From the IMG/VR virus record IMGVR_UViG_3300011868_000001, positions 1-64,000 of that record: a DNA stretch of 64,000 nucleotides, one strand, 5' to 3'. The notes below the pieces were generated by a model. That model saw only the letters and a list, made by a program, of their open reading frames with translations. It had not been told where the DNA came from and searched no databases. Shown piece after piece: positions 38,477-47,086 of the stretch. This DNA is from a virus. Lineage: Duplodnaviria; Caudoviricetes. Made by a program: the position numbers and the translations under genes. Position 1 is the first letter of the stretch. Every line of letters begins with the position of its first letter.

Positions 38477-39337
38477 TCAGAAAATGAGTTCCAGTACAGG
38501 ACGCCAGTGGCCGGGGTTGGTGGCGGGCGCAGAAGTAATGCCGTTGACCCCATTCCCGCCACGGGAAACTCGAGAAGAAGCAACGGAACCTAGATCCTGC
38601 ATGAGAAATGCCGCGCTGCCATTGGCCGAATCAGTTCCGGAATGGGCATAGTCGTCCCACTTAGGTCCTTCAGTGGCAACCTGACCTTGTACGATACGAT
38701 AGATCAGACGATCCCATTCGCTTTTATCGGTCGGACGGCCGCTACTCGACATGGTTTCAGTCGGATTGTTAGTGCCGGTGAACAACCTGACCGCAAAACG
38801 ATGACCGTTCTTCTCAACCTGAGCAGGTGGGTTCGGTCCGTTAAACCCAAACACCAGATTCTTCTGGTTCAGGTTATCCCAGGTCACGCTAGTGCTCATG
38901 GAGCTATTAGGGGTGAACAGGATTTTCCCATCCAGTGCGAATTTGAACCACTTGGTTGCGGTGTTTGGCCTGGTGCCACCTGGACTCAGGAGCGCATGCA
39001 GTTCCGTATCGGTAAACATCTCCGACATGGTCAAGGTGCCGAAATAACCATCGCGGAAGTCTCCCCGCAGTGGTTGATTACGACCGGGTCCAGTGTACGG
39101 GAACGACCCTAGCACATGTTCAGACGACTGTAGTTTGTCGTTGCCCTTGAACGTTTCAAGGATGTAGTAGTACAGTTTGTTCTGTACCACGTCATTGTCG
39201 ATGTAGCTCATGACACCGGGCGCTAGGGTGACCAAAGGCGCTGGCAGCGCCGCCGGGCTCATGGGCTGTTCGCTGCGATAAATACGCGTGCCGTCTGAAA
39301 AGAGGTTACGGTCTTTCCAGGTCAATTGGAGAGGCAT
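38477..39337 (-). CDS. virion protein, FN3-like domain plus WRPVLEL domain (copy 2)
   Basis: LTW.......RIYR...Y.D......YYY N-terminus; WFKF, SEWDRLIY, HWRPVLEL. Confidence 0.75.
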   Translation of the reverse strand: MPLQLTWKDRNLFSDGTRIYRSEQPMSPAALPAPLVTLAPGVMSYIDNDVVQNKLYYYILETFKGNDKLQSSEHVLGSFPYTGPGRNQPLRGDFRDGYFGTLTMSEMFTDTELHALLSPGGTRPNTATKWFKFALDGKILFTPNSSMSTSVTWDNLNQKNLVFGFNGPNPPAQVEKNGHRFAVRLFTGTNNPTETMSSSGRPTDKSEWDRLIYRIVQGQVATEGPKWDDYAHSGTDSANGSAAFLMQDLGSVASSRVSRGGNGVNGITSAPATNPGHWRPVLELIF

Positions 39338-39350
39338 GTCTTAATTCCCC

Positions 39351-40304
39351 TTAGATGGACAGGTTAACTTGATAGTCTGGAATTAGTTCCAGTACAGGAC
39401 GCCAGTGGGCACCCGTCGTTATCTGAAGGATGCTAGCGTTTGACAACGCGCCTTTAGTTGACAATGTGCTTGTTCCACGCATGATGCAGTTTGTTGGGGT
39501 GTCAACTACAAGCTCCTGCTTCAGACACGAGCTAAAGCTGTTAAAGTCACTTCGTGTCTTGCTGCCAAAGTTCGAACCACGTTGCGTCGAAGGAACCCAT
39601 TCACACACCCGATAAATCAGATCATCCCATTCAGAACCGATTGTCTGCGTAGGTAGTTCAATAGTGCCGCCTGGGTAGACGATGCCGCGGTCGGGCCTCG
39701 GTGCAGCCGTTGTCATCAGACGGACAATAAAAGTCTCAAGGCCGATCTTGACGGTGCGGCGCTGATTAACCTTAGCACCAGTATAGAGACTCGATCCATC
39801 ATCGTTAGTCCCGTAGACCAGTCCTGCGTCGTAAAGTGCTTTCCAACTGATGCCGGAAGCCAGGGGCTGTACTGGAATGAACAACGTTTTGCCCTTGTAA
39901 GCAAACTTCATCCATACTGGCGCGTCGGTAATGACACTACCGGCATTGAAATTCAACGCTGCGCGCAATTCAGTGAGCGTGATGAAATTGGCAGATAACA
40001 AGTCGCCGTAATAACCGACTTCATGATCACCACCCAGCAGGGTCTGGGGGCCAGGACCCGTACGTGGCAAAGCCCAGGCCTCGATGTTGTGCGAGACAGC
40101 TCGATCACGCGCCGACAGGCTTTCCAGGACGTAGTAGTACCGTTGGCCAGCGATGGCTGTAGTATCGGTCCAGGTGGTCTCGCCCTGAGTTAGCGTAGCC
40201 AGTGGGTTACTCAGGTTAGCCCGATCCAGAGGCTGGGTGCCACGGTATACCTTGGTGGTCGTGGCAATGACGTTGGGGTTCTCCCAAACAAGTTTAATCT
40301 GCAT
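39351..40304 (-). CDS. virion protein, FN3-like domain plus WRPVLEL domain (copy 3)
   Basis: Same architecture as 38477-39337. Confidence 0.75.
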   Translation of the reverse strand: MQIKLVWENPNVIATTTKVYRGTQPLDRANLSNPLATLTQGETTWTDTTAIAGQRYYYVLESLSARDRAVSHNIEAWALPRTGPGPQTLLGGDHEVGYYGDLLSANFITLTELRAALNFNAGSVITDAPVWMKFAYKGKTLFIPVQPLASGISWKALYDAGLVYGTNDDGSSLYTGAKVNQRRTVKIGLETFIVRLMTTAAPRPDRGIVYPGGTIELPTQTIGSEWDDLIYRVCEWVPSTQRGSNFGSKTRSDFNSFSSCLKQELVVDTPTNCIMRGTSTLSTKGALSNASILQITTGAHWRPVLELIPDYQVNLSI

Positions 40305-40315
40305 CAGAAACTACC

Positions 40316-41284
40316 TCAAACAGTGATGCCTTGGATATCGGCGATTGAAACCAGGGGTTCGTTAGCACCGCCAATGACGAAACGCGGCGCTAAAGCAGAT
40401 TCGAATGGCTGACCTTGAATGTCACCAACAATCAACGGAGAATCCGCTTGCGGGGTGATGGCGCGCATCGCTACAAGCGTTTCGATACCAGTCCCTTCCA
40501 GACCTGCCGGAGTCAGCAGAGTAGGCGTGCCGCCTAATGACTGCACCTTCTCAATGGCGAACGTATAGAGATCGTTCGGAATCAGTTCCAGTACAGGACG
40601 CCAGCCGTGGCTGGTGTTCACTCCTGTTTTCGGTACAGTTAGGAACGCATCCTTTAGCGAGGCGTTGGTACTGGCGATACGCCGCAGCACATGGCCCTCA
40701 GGCGAGAGTACCGGTTCCTGACAGATGTTGTATTGTCCATTACCACCAAACCCCAACTGAGTTGGTGTCTGCCGGGTCCAGAACGTACCCGATGGATCAG
40801 ATTCCCACAACTTAAACAACAGGTCGTTGACTTCACCACCGTTTTGAGTGGCTGGAATGGCGTCACCGCCCTTGATCAGTCGGACGATGTAGGCATTGCC
40901 CTTGATGACCAGGATCTTGTTTTGGTTGACAGGACCTTGGCTTCCGTGGTAGGGACCCGGACCGTCAGTACCATAGACGATACCTGCGTTGTATAGGTGG
41001 TCCCAGGAAAGGCTGTAGCGGAGGGTGGACTTAGGCATGAACAAGGTTTTGCCCTTGTGCATGAATTTCAGCCAGTTGATCATGGTGTTATGGGCAGTGC
41101 CCTGCGTCAGTCCCACCGCAGTAGCCAGTGCCGCCCCATCGATCAGGTCGGTAGCCGGTATCTCCCCAAAGTAACCGCTACCTACATCACCTGCAATGAG
41201 GTCCTTAGCGCCCGGACCTGTAAAACGAAAGGGATTGAACCCTTTACGGCGCCTGGCTGCTGCCATCAGTAACGCATGGAGCAT
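40316..41284 (-). CDS. virion protein, WRPVLEL domain with LLMAAARRR leader (copy 4)
   Basis: GPG..L..GD...GYFG, WLKF, GWRPVLEL plus C-terminal extension. Confidence 0.75.
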   Translation of the reverse strand: MLHALLMAAARRRKGFNPFRFTGPGAKDLIAGDVGSGYFGEIPATDLIDGAALATAVGLTQGTAHNTMINWLKFMHKGKTLFMPKSTLRYSLSWDHLYNAGIVYGTDGPGPYHGSQGPVNQNKILVIKGNAYIVRLIKGGDAIPATQNGGEVNDLLFKLWESDPSGTFWTRQTPTQLGFGGNGQYNICQEPVLSPEGHVLRRIASTNASLKDAFLTVPKTGVNTSHGWRPVLELIPNDLYTFAIEKVQSLGGTPTLLTPAGLEGTGIETLVAMRAITPQADSPLIVGDIQGQPFESALAPRFVIGGANEPLVSIADIQGITV

Positions 41285-41342
41285 AGTGCTTACCTCGCGA
41301 ATAAAAAGACCTGTGTGGACTCCACACAGGTCTCGGTGATGG

Positions 41343-41855
41343 TTAAGCCACCTTTACCATGCCCTTGCCGAGCAGGTAGCCGTCCCAGGTCAGACCACCG
41401 TCAACGGTGCTGAACGCCAGGGTGTCACGACCGGCTGCCGACAGTTCTGGTTTGGTACCGTCGGACCAGAAGATGTTCGGCCACCAAGTGATGGCATGAG
41501 CACCACCATTGGTCAGACGCAGGGTGAAGGTGTAAGCACGGCCGCCGGCCGGTACACGCTCCAGGGAGAACGTGGTCGCTGCGGTGATGGTTTTGCCGAA
41601 GTGGTTGGCCACGTGGCAGTCGATGACGCTACCAGTGCCCAGCGGTTCGAAGCGCTCGGTAATGGCTACACCCATGTCGCCGCCGGAGAACATGCCCATC
41701 TCGATGTTTTCGGCATCGTAGGATTGACGCAGTTCTTCCATCAGACGATCGAGTTCAGCAACCGCGGCTTTGTCGCCGTTTTCGATGGCTGTTTTGACCT
41801 TGCCGCTGTAATTGGCCAGCGAGGCCAGCAGTGCCTGCATTTGAGCTTCTTGCAT
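41343..41855 (-). CDS. short tail fibre/adaptor protein
   Basis: C-terminal LTNGG...ITW...I.W..GT.P.LS..G.D...F...DGG.TW.G domain seen at the ends of phage fibres. Confidence 0.65.
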   Translation of the reverse strand: MQEAQMQALLASLANYSGKVKTAIENGDKAAVAELDRLMEELRQSYDAENIEMGMFSGGDMGVAITERFEPLGTGSVIDCHVANHFGKTITAATTFSLERVPAGGRAYTFTLRLTNGGAHAITWWPNIFWSDGTKPELSAAGRDTLAFSTVDGGLTWDGYLLGKGMVKVA

Positions 41856-41885
41856 GTCGATCTCTCAGTTGAAAAGTAAAACGGG

Positions 41886-42323
41886 TTACCCCTTAAAGTG
41901 ACTTTCTCCACCGATGCGGACACCGGTATAGAAAATCCCAGCGCGCCAGCGAGCGATACCTTCATCTCGCAAAGCACGGTAGAACACGGCATCTGCTTCT
42001 TCCCGCGTCAAGGCACGCACGGTGCCATCGGCGAGTGTCACAGGGTTGCCGCTGTACAACCAGTCGTGAATGGTGGCGGATTTGTCCCCGTAGTCTGCTA
42101 GTAACGCATAGAGCGGAAACAGGAACAGATTGCGCAACGAATCAAGACTGGCATAGTTGGTCTCGAAGCCTTTCTTGACCGTGATGGGTCCGAAGACTTC
42201 ATCATGATACGTAAAGTCATCGAGCATCAGATACAGGCGACGCTTCAGTTCACGGGTATCGAAGTTGGAGAACTTCCCGATCCCTAAGGTGTCGGTGTAC
42301 TGAGGAAGCGAAAGCTCAAACAT
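41886..42323 (-). CDS. DUF1353-like protein
   Basis: V.KGF.T..AS, A.IHDWLY, R.EAD.VF..AL...G...WR......VR.GG. Confidence 0.75.
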   Translation of the reverse strand: MFELSLPQYTDTLGIGKFSNFDTRELKRRLYLMLDDFTYHDEVFGPITVKKGFETNYASLDSLRNLFLFPLYALLADYGDKSATIHDWLYSGNPVTLADGTVRALTREEADAVFYRALRDEGIARWRAGIFYTGVRIGGESHFKG

Positions 42324-42383
42324 GAGTCAAATCCTCGCATGAGGCGGAATATCCAGTCTCATAGGATTGGTGGCCCTGTCGAG

Positions 42384-42992
42384 TTATTCTACCAATTCCA
42401 ATACCGGACGCCAGCCGTTATTCTCATGTGACGCACTTTTCACAAGAAGGTTATATATCGTGGAAATTCCGGTTTCACCTCGATGAACACCTACAGTGGA
42501 GGTTTGGCCAGCCTCAGCCGTGATGGACGCTCTACCGCTGCCGGATACCGCCCCCACACCTAATTGCTGTTCGCTGAAACGCGCCCAGACGCCTTTCCTC
42601 ACATCAGACACCCGGTAGAGCAGGTTAGTCCATTCTGAACCAGTTATGAGTCGACAAATGAAATTCCGCCCTTGGACGTTGACCACTTTACCGGCCATTA
42701 ATCCTCTTGCATTTAGGTGGTTCCACGATACGTTATAACGCCTGGGTGTCTGGGCGATCAGGAGTTTCTTATTTTGATGCGAAAACCCTAACCAATTGCC
42801 GGTGTTGTTCTTCACACTTCCGGCGGTGAGTCCAACCAAACTGGCCAATTCACTGCCAGTAATGACCTCACCGGAGGTATATGTCCCGTAGTAACCTGTT
42901 ACTGCGTCACCGCTCAATAGATCTCGTCCAAGAAGTCCAACGGAAGGCCCTTTCATGCGCTGTCGGGCCGCCCCTAATAAAAGAATATTCAT
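42384..42992 (-). CDS. virion protein, WRPVLEL family with LLLGAARQR leader (copy 5)
   Basis: GLTAG, VSWNHLN, SEW..LLY, GWRPVLELVE; start moved downstream of ATCCTATG. Confidence 0.75.
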   Translation of the reverse strand: MNILLLGAARQRMKGPSVGLLGRDLLSGDAVTGYYGTYTSGEVITGSELASLVGLTAGSVKNNTGNWLGFSHQNKKLLIAQTPRRYNVSWNHLNARGLMAGKVVNVQGRNFICRLITGSEWTNLLYRVSDVRKGVWARFSEQQLGVGAVSGSGRASITAEAGQTSTVGVHRGETGISTIYNLLVKSASHENNGWRPVLELVE

Positions 42993-43046
42993 GTCCAAAC
43001 TATCCATAAGCCGAGTAAGAAGGCCACACATAGGATTGGTCACACG

Positions 43047-43079
43047 GCATACAGGGCGGGATTACCCCGCCCTGTATGC
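43047..43079 (-). terminator. stem-loop closing the desaturase cassette
   Basis: gcatacagggcggg-attac-cccgccctgtatgc immediately after stop at 43083. Confidence 0.85.
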
Positions 43080-43082
43080 TAG

Positions 43083-44006
43083 TTAGGCAAATGCCTGCAG
43101 GATAGTGTCGATGACTTTATCCTTATCCGCGATGGCCTGGTTGAGAGCAATGCGCACCCGATGCCGACCATTCATGGACACCGCTTGGACCCGCCCCATC
43201 TGATTTTTCTTCAACATCTGAAAGATCTCAGGGGTCTCGTAGTTCACCATGCCCATTGGCGATGAACCTACAAAACAATTACCTGTGGTCTCACTTTGAC
43301 CATGTGCAATCATCAACCGGGTAAGGTTTTCATGACTGCAGTCCAGAGAAAAACGACCGTTCTTAAGCGATCCGGAACCATACAGGGAGTAGTGCCCATA
43401 ACAGTGCTCAAACCCTTCCAGAATCTTGCTGGTGATCACGTTCGGGTTTCCCAAGGCCTCACATGCAGCCTGAGCCAGGAAGTCCTGTACGCGCATGCCA
43501 GCCGCTTTAGCACGCTTTAAGTAATTGTCACTGATAAAGACAGTGTGGGTCTCAGCCTCACCCTCGATGCCTTCAAAGGTGAATTCCCGTGGGTTGAACA
43601 AGTTGTTCGGTACAATCTTAGGCACAGTCGAAGGCGTCTCATAAACACCGAGTTCGCCGCCGGCCGCTACCCTGAAGATTTCCTGAGTCAGACGGCTGTA
43701 ACTCCAGCCATCAAGGAACTCATGCGTAAAGGACATCCAGTAGCCGTCGTCACACTCGATCACCTTAAAGCAGCTAGGGTGATCAAGGTGATCCCGTGGA
43801 TGACCGGTCAGCAGTACCAACCGCTCTGCCAGCTCTACCTTGCCATCCTTCCAGTCAGCACGCATGAACGGGATCTGCTGAGCGATCTCATTTGCGGCCT
43901 CCATCAGGACATGTGACGGACAATCGAACTGCGGGATAAACAATGCCCCGTAGGTCATCTGCTTACCATGGCCTGAGAAGGCCCGTTGCATCGGGTTCAG
44001 TCTCAT
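43083..44006 (-). CDS. stand-alone condensation-domain-like / CoA-dependent acyltransferase
   Basis: MRLNPMQRAF start (C-domain-like L.P.Q) and SFTHEFLDGWSY = HxxxDG(WS); ATG overlaps upstream TGA (ATGA). Confidence 0.7.
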   Translation of the reverse strand: MRLNPMQRAFSGHGKQMTYGALFIPQFDCPSHVLMEAANEIAQQIPFMRADWKDGKVELAERLVLLTGHPRDHLDHPSCFKVIECDDGYWMSFTHEFLDGWSYSRLTQEIFRVAAGGELGVYETPSTVPKIVPNNLFNPREFTFEGIEGEAETHTVFISDNYLKRAKAAGMRVQDFLAQAACEALGNPNVITSKILEGFEHCYGHYSLYGSGSLKNGRFSLDCSHENLTRLMIAHGQSETTGNCFVGSSPMGMVNYETPEIFQMLKKNQMGRVQAVSMNGRHRVRIALNQAIADKDKVIDTILQAFA

Positions 44007-44746
44007 TTCTTGATCATCCTCACAAACCAGGAGGTGGGGTCGACTTCCCACTTCTTGATGGCAAAGTTCCACCGGTTAGGGAACTTGTGGTGGTTGTTAT
44101 GCAATCCCTCGCCACCGAATAGCCAGCCCAGTATCTTGGAGTTCTTCGAACCCTCACCGGTCTCATAGGACACGTAACCGAACTCGTGAATCCACTTGAT
44201 GGTCACGTACTTACGGGCAAACTGCATCGCCACCACTGGCAGGGCCCACAGGTAAATCAGCGCTTCCAATGAGATCAACGACAGCAGGACAATGGCTGCG
44301 AACGAATACGCAAAGTAGTACCGGTAGGTACGCATCATGATCGGATCGGAAATGAACCGCCGTTTCATGCCTGGAGTCATCTTGACGTTGATGTTCTTAA
44401 ATGATACCATGCCGCTTTGGGCGTAGTAGTGGTGCGGATCGTCAGGCTGGTCAGACTTTAAGTGATGCTCCAGATGGATGATCGCGTAGAAGCCTGGGTG
44501 ACCAGATAGGCTGGTACAAGTCGCCCAGATCATAAACTCACGCCAAAATGGCGTGGTCTCAAATGAGCGATGAGTGAAGTAGCGATGGTTCCCGGCTGAG
44601 AGTCCTGCAATCCAGTATACCTGGAACATACAGAACGAGCCTAAGAGCCACCATCCGTTCGGCATAAAAAGCGCCCCGACAGAGATGACCATCGCAAGGA
44701 TGGTCATCGCCGCAGCCTGTCGGTGATCAGACTGGAGCAGGCGCAT
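44003..44746 (-). CDS. membrane fatty-acid desaturase (delta-9/DesC-like) B
   Basis: His boxes HRYFTH, HLEHH, GEGLHNNHH; D...DPH; KWEVDP; TM helices. Confidence 0.92.
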   Translation of the reverse strand: MRLLQSDHRQAAAMTILAMVISVGALFMPNGWWLLGSFCMFQVYWIAGLSAGNHRYFTHRSFETTPFWREFMIWATCTSLSGHPGFYAIIHLEHHLKSDQPDDPHHYYAQSGMVSFKNINVKMTPGMKRRFISDPIMMRTYRYYFAYSFAAIVLLSLISLEALIYLWALPVVAMQFARKYVTIKWIHEFGYVSYETGEGSKNSKILGWLFGGEGLHNNHHKFPNRWNFAIKKWEVDPTSWFVRMIKK

Positions 44747-45543
44747 TACGCAGCCCCAGCCTTCTTGCTACGAATCAGGCAGATGAACCAGTAACCCGGA
44801 TCGAACTCCCACCACTTCTCGCCCAGCTTAGCGCGCTTGGGACGTTTGTGATGGTTGTTGTGCCAGCCTTCGCCGCCTGCAATCAGAGAAGCGAACCACC
44901 AGTTGTTACTGAGGTCGCCATTGTCGTAGGTCTGATAACCCAGTCCCTTGACGTGCCCGGTCCAGAGGACGAAGCGAAGGGTCAGCTGGGACAAACCTGC
45001 CGGCACCATCCACAGCCAGAAGATAGCCTCGAACGCGTTCAAACCCGCCAACAGACCCAGTGCAGTCATACCCACGACGTAGGACGCCACGTAGAGCCAG
45101 TAATACTTGATCGTCAGTTGATGCAACGGATCACGTGCCACCATGGTCAGCAGGAACCGCTTGCTCACCGTGGTCTTGTGGTCGAACGGTGATTCACCGG
45201 TCAGCTGCAACTTACGATAAGGGTCTTCTGGCGTATCCGCCTTGCGGTGATGGGTCATGTGAGTGTCAGCCCAGATGCAGGGCGGGCCGACCAGCGAGAC
45301 CATAGCGCAGTACGACATCACCCATTGCCAGAACCGATTGGTTTCAAAGGCATTGTGCGAATAGTACCGGTGGACGCCGACGCTGATACCCACGACGTTC
45401 AGGACTTGCCACAGCACGAGCGCTGCGATGACCAGAACTGGATTGAACTGAAAGAACGCAACGATCGGCGCAACTGCCGCTGACGTCATGATGATCCGGT
45501 TCCCCCAGACCATGTTAGTGTTGGTTGGTTTGAACATGTTCAT
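44746..45543 (-). CDS. membrane fatty-acid desaturase (delta-9/DesC-like) A
   Basis: His boxes HRYYSH, HMTHH, GEGWHNNHH; WWEFDPG; start at ATG 45543 with AGGAG SD; TAATG overlap with next gene. Confidence 0.92.
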   Translation of the reverse strand: MNMFKPTNTNMVWGNRIIMTSAAVAPIVAFFQFNPVLVIAALVLWQVLNVVGISVGVHRYYSHNAFETNRFWQWVMSYCAMVSLVGPPCIWADTHMTHHRKADTPEDPYRKLQLTGESPFDHKTTVSKRFLLTMVARDPLHQLTIKYYWLYVASYVVGMTALGLLAGLNAFEAIFWLWMVPAGLSQLTLRFVLWTGHVKGLGYQTYDNGDLSNNWWFASLIAGGEGWHNNHHKRPKRAKLGEKWWEFDPGYWFICLIRSKKAGAA

Positions 45544-45551
45544 GTAGCTCC

Positions 45552-46181
45552 TCACCCCTGTAGAATTTGTACGCTGGCCATGGCCTCAGGTGACACTTCA
45601 GGATAGAGGGACTTGACCTCCTCCTTCGTCACTTCATACATATACACCAAGAAGGCATTTTCTTCACTGTTGTTAATGAAGGTGTAGGGGATGGGTTTGG
45701 TTAGCTTCAGATGTTTGAAGCTGTTGTGACGCGATGGGCCTATGTCAACACTACCTTCGACTATGAAGACATTGCGCTCATTGCCAGTGGTTTCAATCGT
45801 CACGGATTCCCCAGGAGCCAATGGGAAGTTTTGGGCGGCGTACAAACGCTTACCGGGTTCATTGGCCATGATACAGACAAACTTCGAGTTGTCTTCTTCA
45901 CCCTGTATTCTATATTCACCACGCACTGTTAAGCGTGCGTTAAGTGTGGTGTCACCGCGATAACGGACGAATTCAGGTAAGGTGGCCGACTTAAATCTTA
46001 CCGCCCCAGAAACAATGGCATTGGCCCTATGAACGTTGATTCCAATCTCTTGTCCATTGAACGCGAGTTGAGGAGGCAGGTCAACAGCAACAACCGCGTA
46101 TTGATCCTTATTGAGCGACAATTCATAAATGGTGAATTCGCTAAGTGGTCTGACGACCCATGCAAACGGCTTGAATTCCAT
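45552..46181 (-). CDS. cupin/pirin-like beta-barrel protein
   Basis: LAPGESVTI......VFIVEGSV.I pattern, beta-rich. Confidence 0.5.
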   Translation of the reverse strand: MEFKPFAWVVRPLSEFTIYELSLNKDQYAVVAVDLPPQLAFNGQEIGINVHRANAIVSGAVRFKSATLPEFVRYRGDTTLNARLTVRGEYRIQGEEDNSKFVCIMANEPGKRLYAAQNFPLAPGESVTIETTGNERNVFIVEGSVDIGPSRHNSFKHLKLTKPIPYTFINNSEENAFLVYMYEVTKEEVKSLYPEVSPEAMASVQILQG

Positions 46182-46183
46182 AC

Positions 46184-46417
46184 TTAGATCTCCTCGCTTT
46201 CCGCGTTGCGGTCAAAGCGCGTATCAGGGACCGGGTCCATGATCGGTTGGGGAATTGGGTTACCGCAGTTTTCTAGCAACGAATAAGCCATGCCCAAAAC
46301 AAAAGCTTGTTTCACGCTCAGACCACCTAAATCTAACGGTCTGAATTCCATAGTAACGGGCATGTTACCGTTCTCTACGACTGCGGAGCTTGACCCTATT
46401 GAAATGATTTTAATCAT
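46184..46417 (-). CDS. small hypothetical protein (77 aa)
   Basis: Fills gap exactly between adhesin-like and cupin-like genes. Confidence 0.6.
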   Translation of the reverse strand: MIKIISIGSSSAVVENGNMPVTMEFRPLDLGGLSVKQAFVLGMAYSLLENCGNPIPQPIMDPVPDTRFDRNAESEEI

Positions 46418-46431
46418 ACCGATTACTCATG

Positions 46432-47019
46432 TCAGTTGAAGACGACAGTAGTGGTCTTATTGATAATGGCGTTATATATCTGATTGTATTGTTGAACAGT
46501 GATACTGATACCATAGATCTTGAACGCCGCCGTCGATGAGGTATAAAACGTAGAAGTGCCTGTCGGTGTGGAGGCTGATCCTTTGTAGGAAAGCGACATA
46601 TCTACACTGAATATACCTGCTATAGTCAGACCACCTATGGTCACACTGCGTGGGGTCATATGTGACCCGGATGCAGATGACGTGTCTATCATCAACATGA
46701 GGTGACAGATAGGACTGGTACCACCAGTGTTTTCAATGTAACATTGTCTTATCGGTATTCCGAATACAGACGTAGGGGAAATTGAACCGAACGCACCTCT
46801 CGAAAATCCACACATCGTACCGCTTGCCACGGCAGATAGGTTAAACGACCCTAGACCGATGGCAGCAGACTTGCCCCGCAGAGCAGACATTGCGATAGCG
46901 CCTGAAGCCAGGCCTGCCAGAGAACGGACGTTGCTCTGACCAAGACTGATAGCGCCTGAAAGACCTAGTTCTGACCGGATATCGGCCATCGAGATAGGAC
47001 CAGTTGAAGGTAGTGGCAT
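46432..47019 (-). CDS. tail fibre tip/adhesin-like protein
   Basis: MPLPSTGPISM.DI..ELG....ISL....VR.LAG..SGAI.MS.LRGKS leader typical of genes following chaperone-bearing fibres; S/G/T-rich C-terminus. Confidence 0.7.
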   Translation of the reverse strand: MPLPSTGPISMADIRSELGLSGAISLGQSNVRSLAGLASGAIAMSALRGKSAAIGLGSFNLSAVASGTMCGFSRGAFGSISPTSVFGIPIRQCYIENTGGTSPICHLMLMIDTSSASGSHMTPRSVTIGGLTIAGIFSVDMSLSYKGSASTPTGTSTFYTSSTAAFKIYGISITVQQYNQIYNAIINKTTTVVFN

Positions 47020-47048
47020 GATGCTCTCCCGGAGTAGATACCGTGAAT

Positions 47049-47075
47049 ATAGAGGAGGGGCGACCCCTCCTCTAT
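47049..47075. terminator. stem-loop upstream of the adhesin/desaturase cassette
   Basis: atagaggagggg-cga-cccctcctctat. Confidence 0.8.
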
Positions 47076-47086
47076 GTCGTCAGTCC

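Noticed and set aside
38477-42992. Diversity-generating retroelement acting on the WRPVLEL genes
   Set aside because: No reverse transcriptase and no template repeat differing only at adenines in this window; shared DNA is limited to 21-24 bp. Cannot be excluded for the rest of the genome.
44007-44072. ORF-track start for the acyltransferase at 44072
   Set aside because: Overlaps the desaturase C-terminus; ATG at 44006 coupled by ATGA gives a more plausible C-domain-like start.
46184-46417. Acyl carrier protein for the desaturase cassette
   Set aside because: Right size but no D-S-L/phosphopantetheine motif and not a four-helix pattern.
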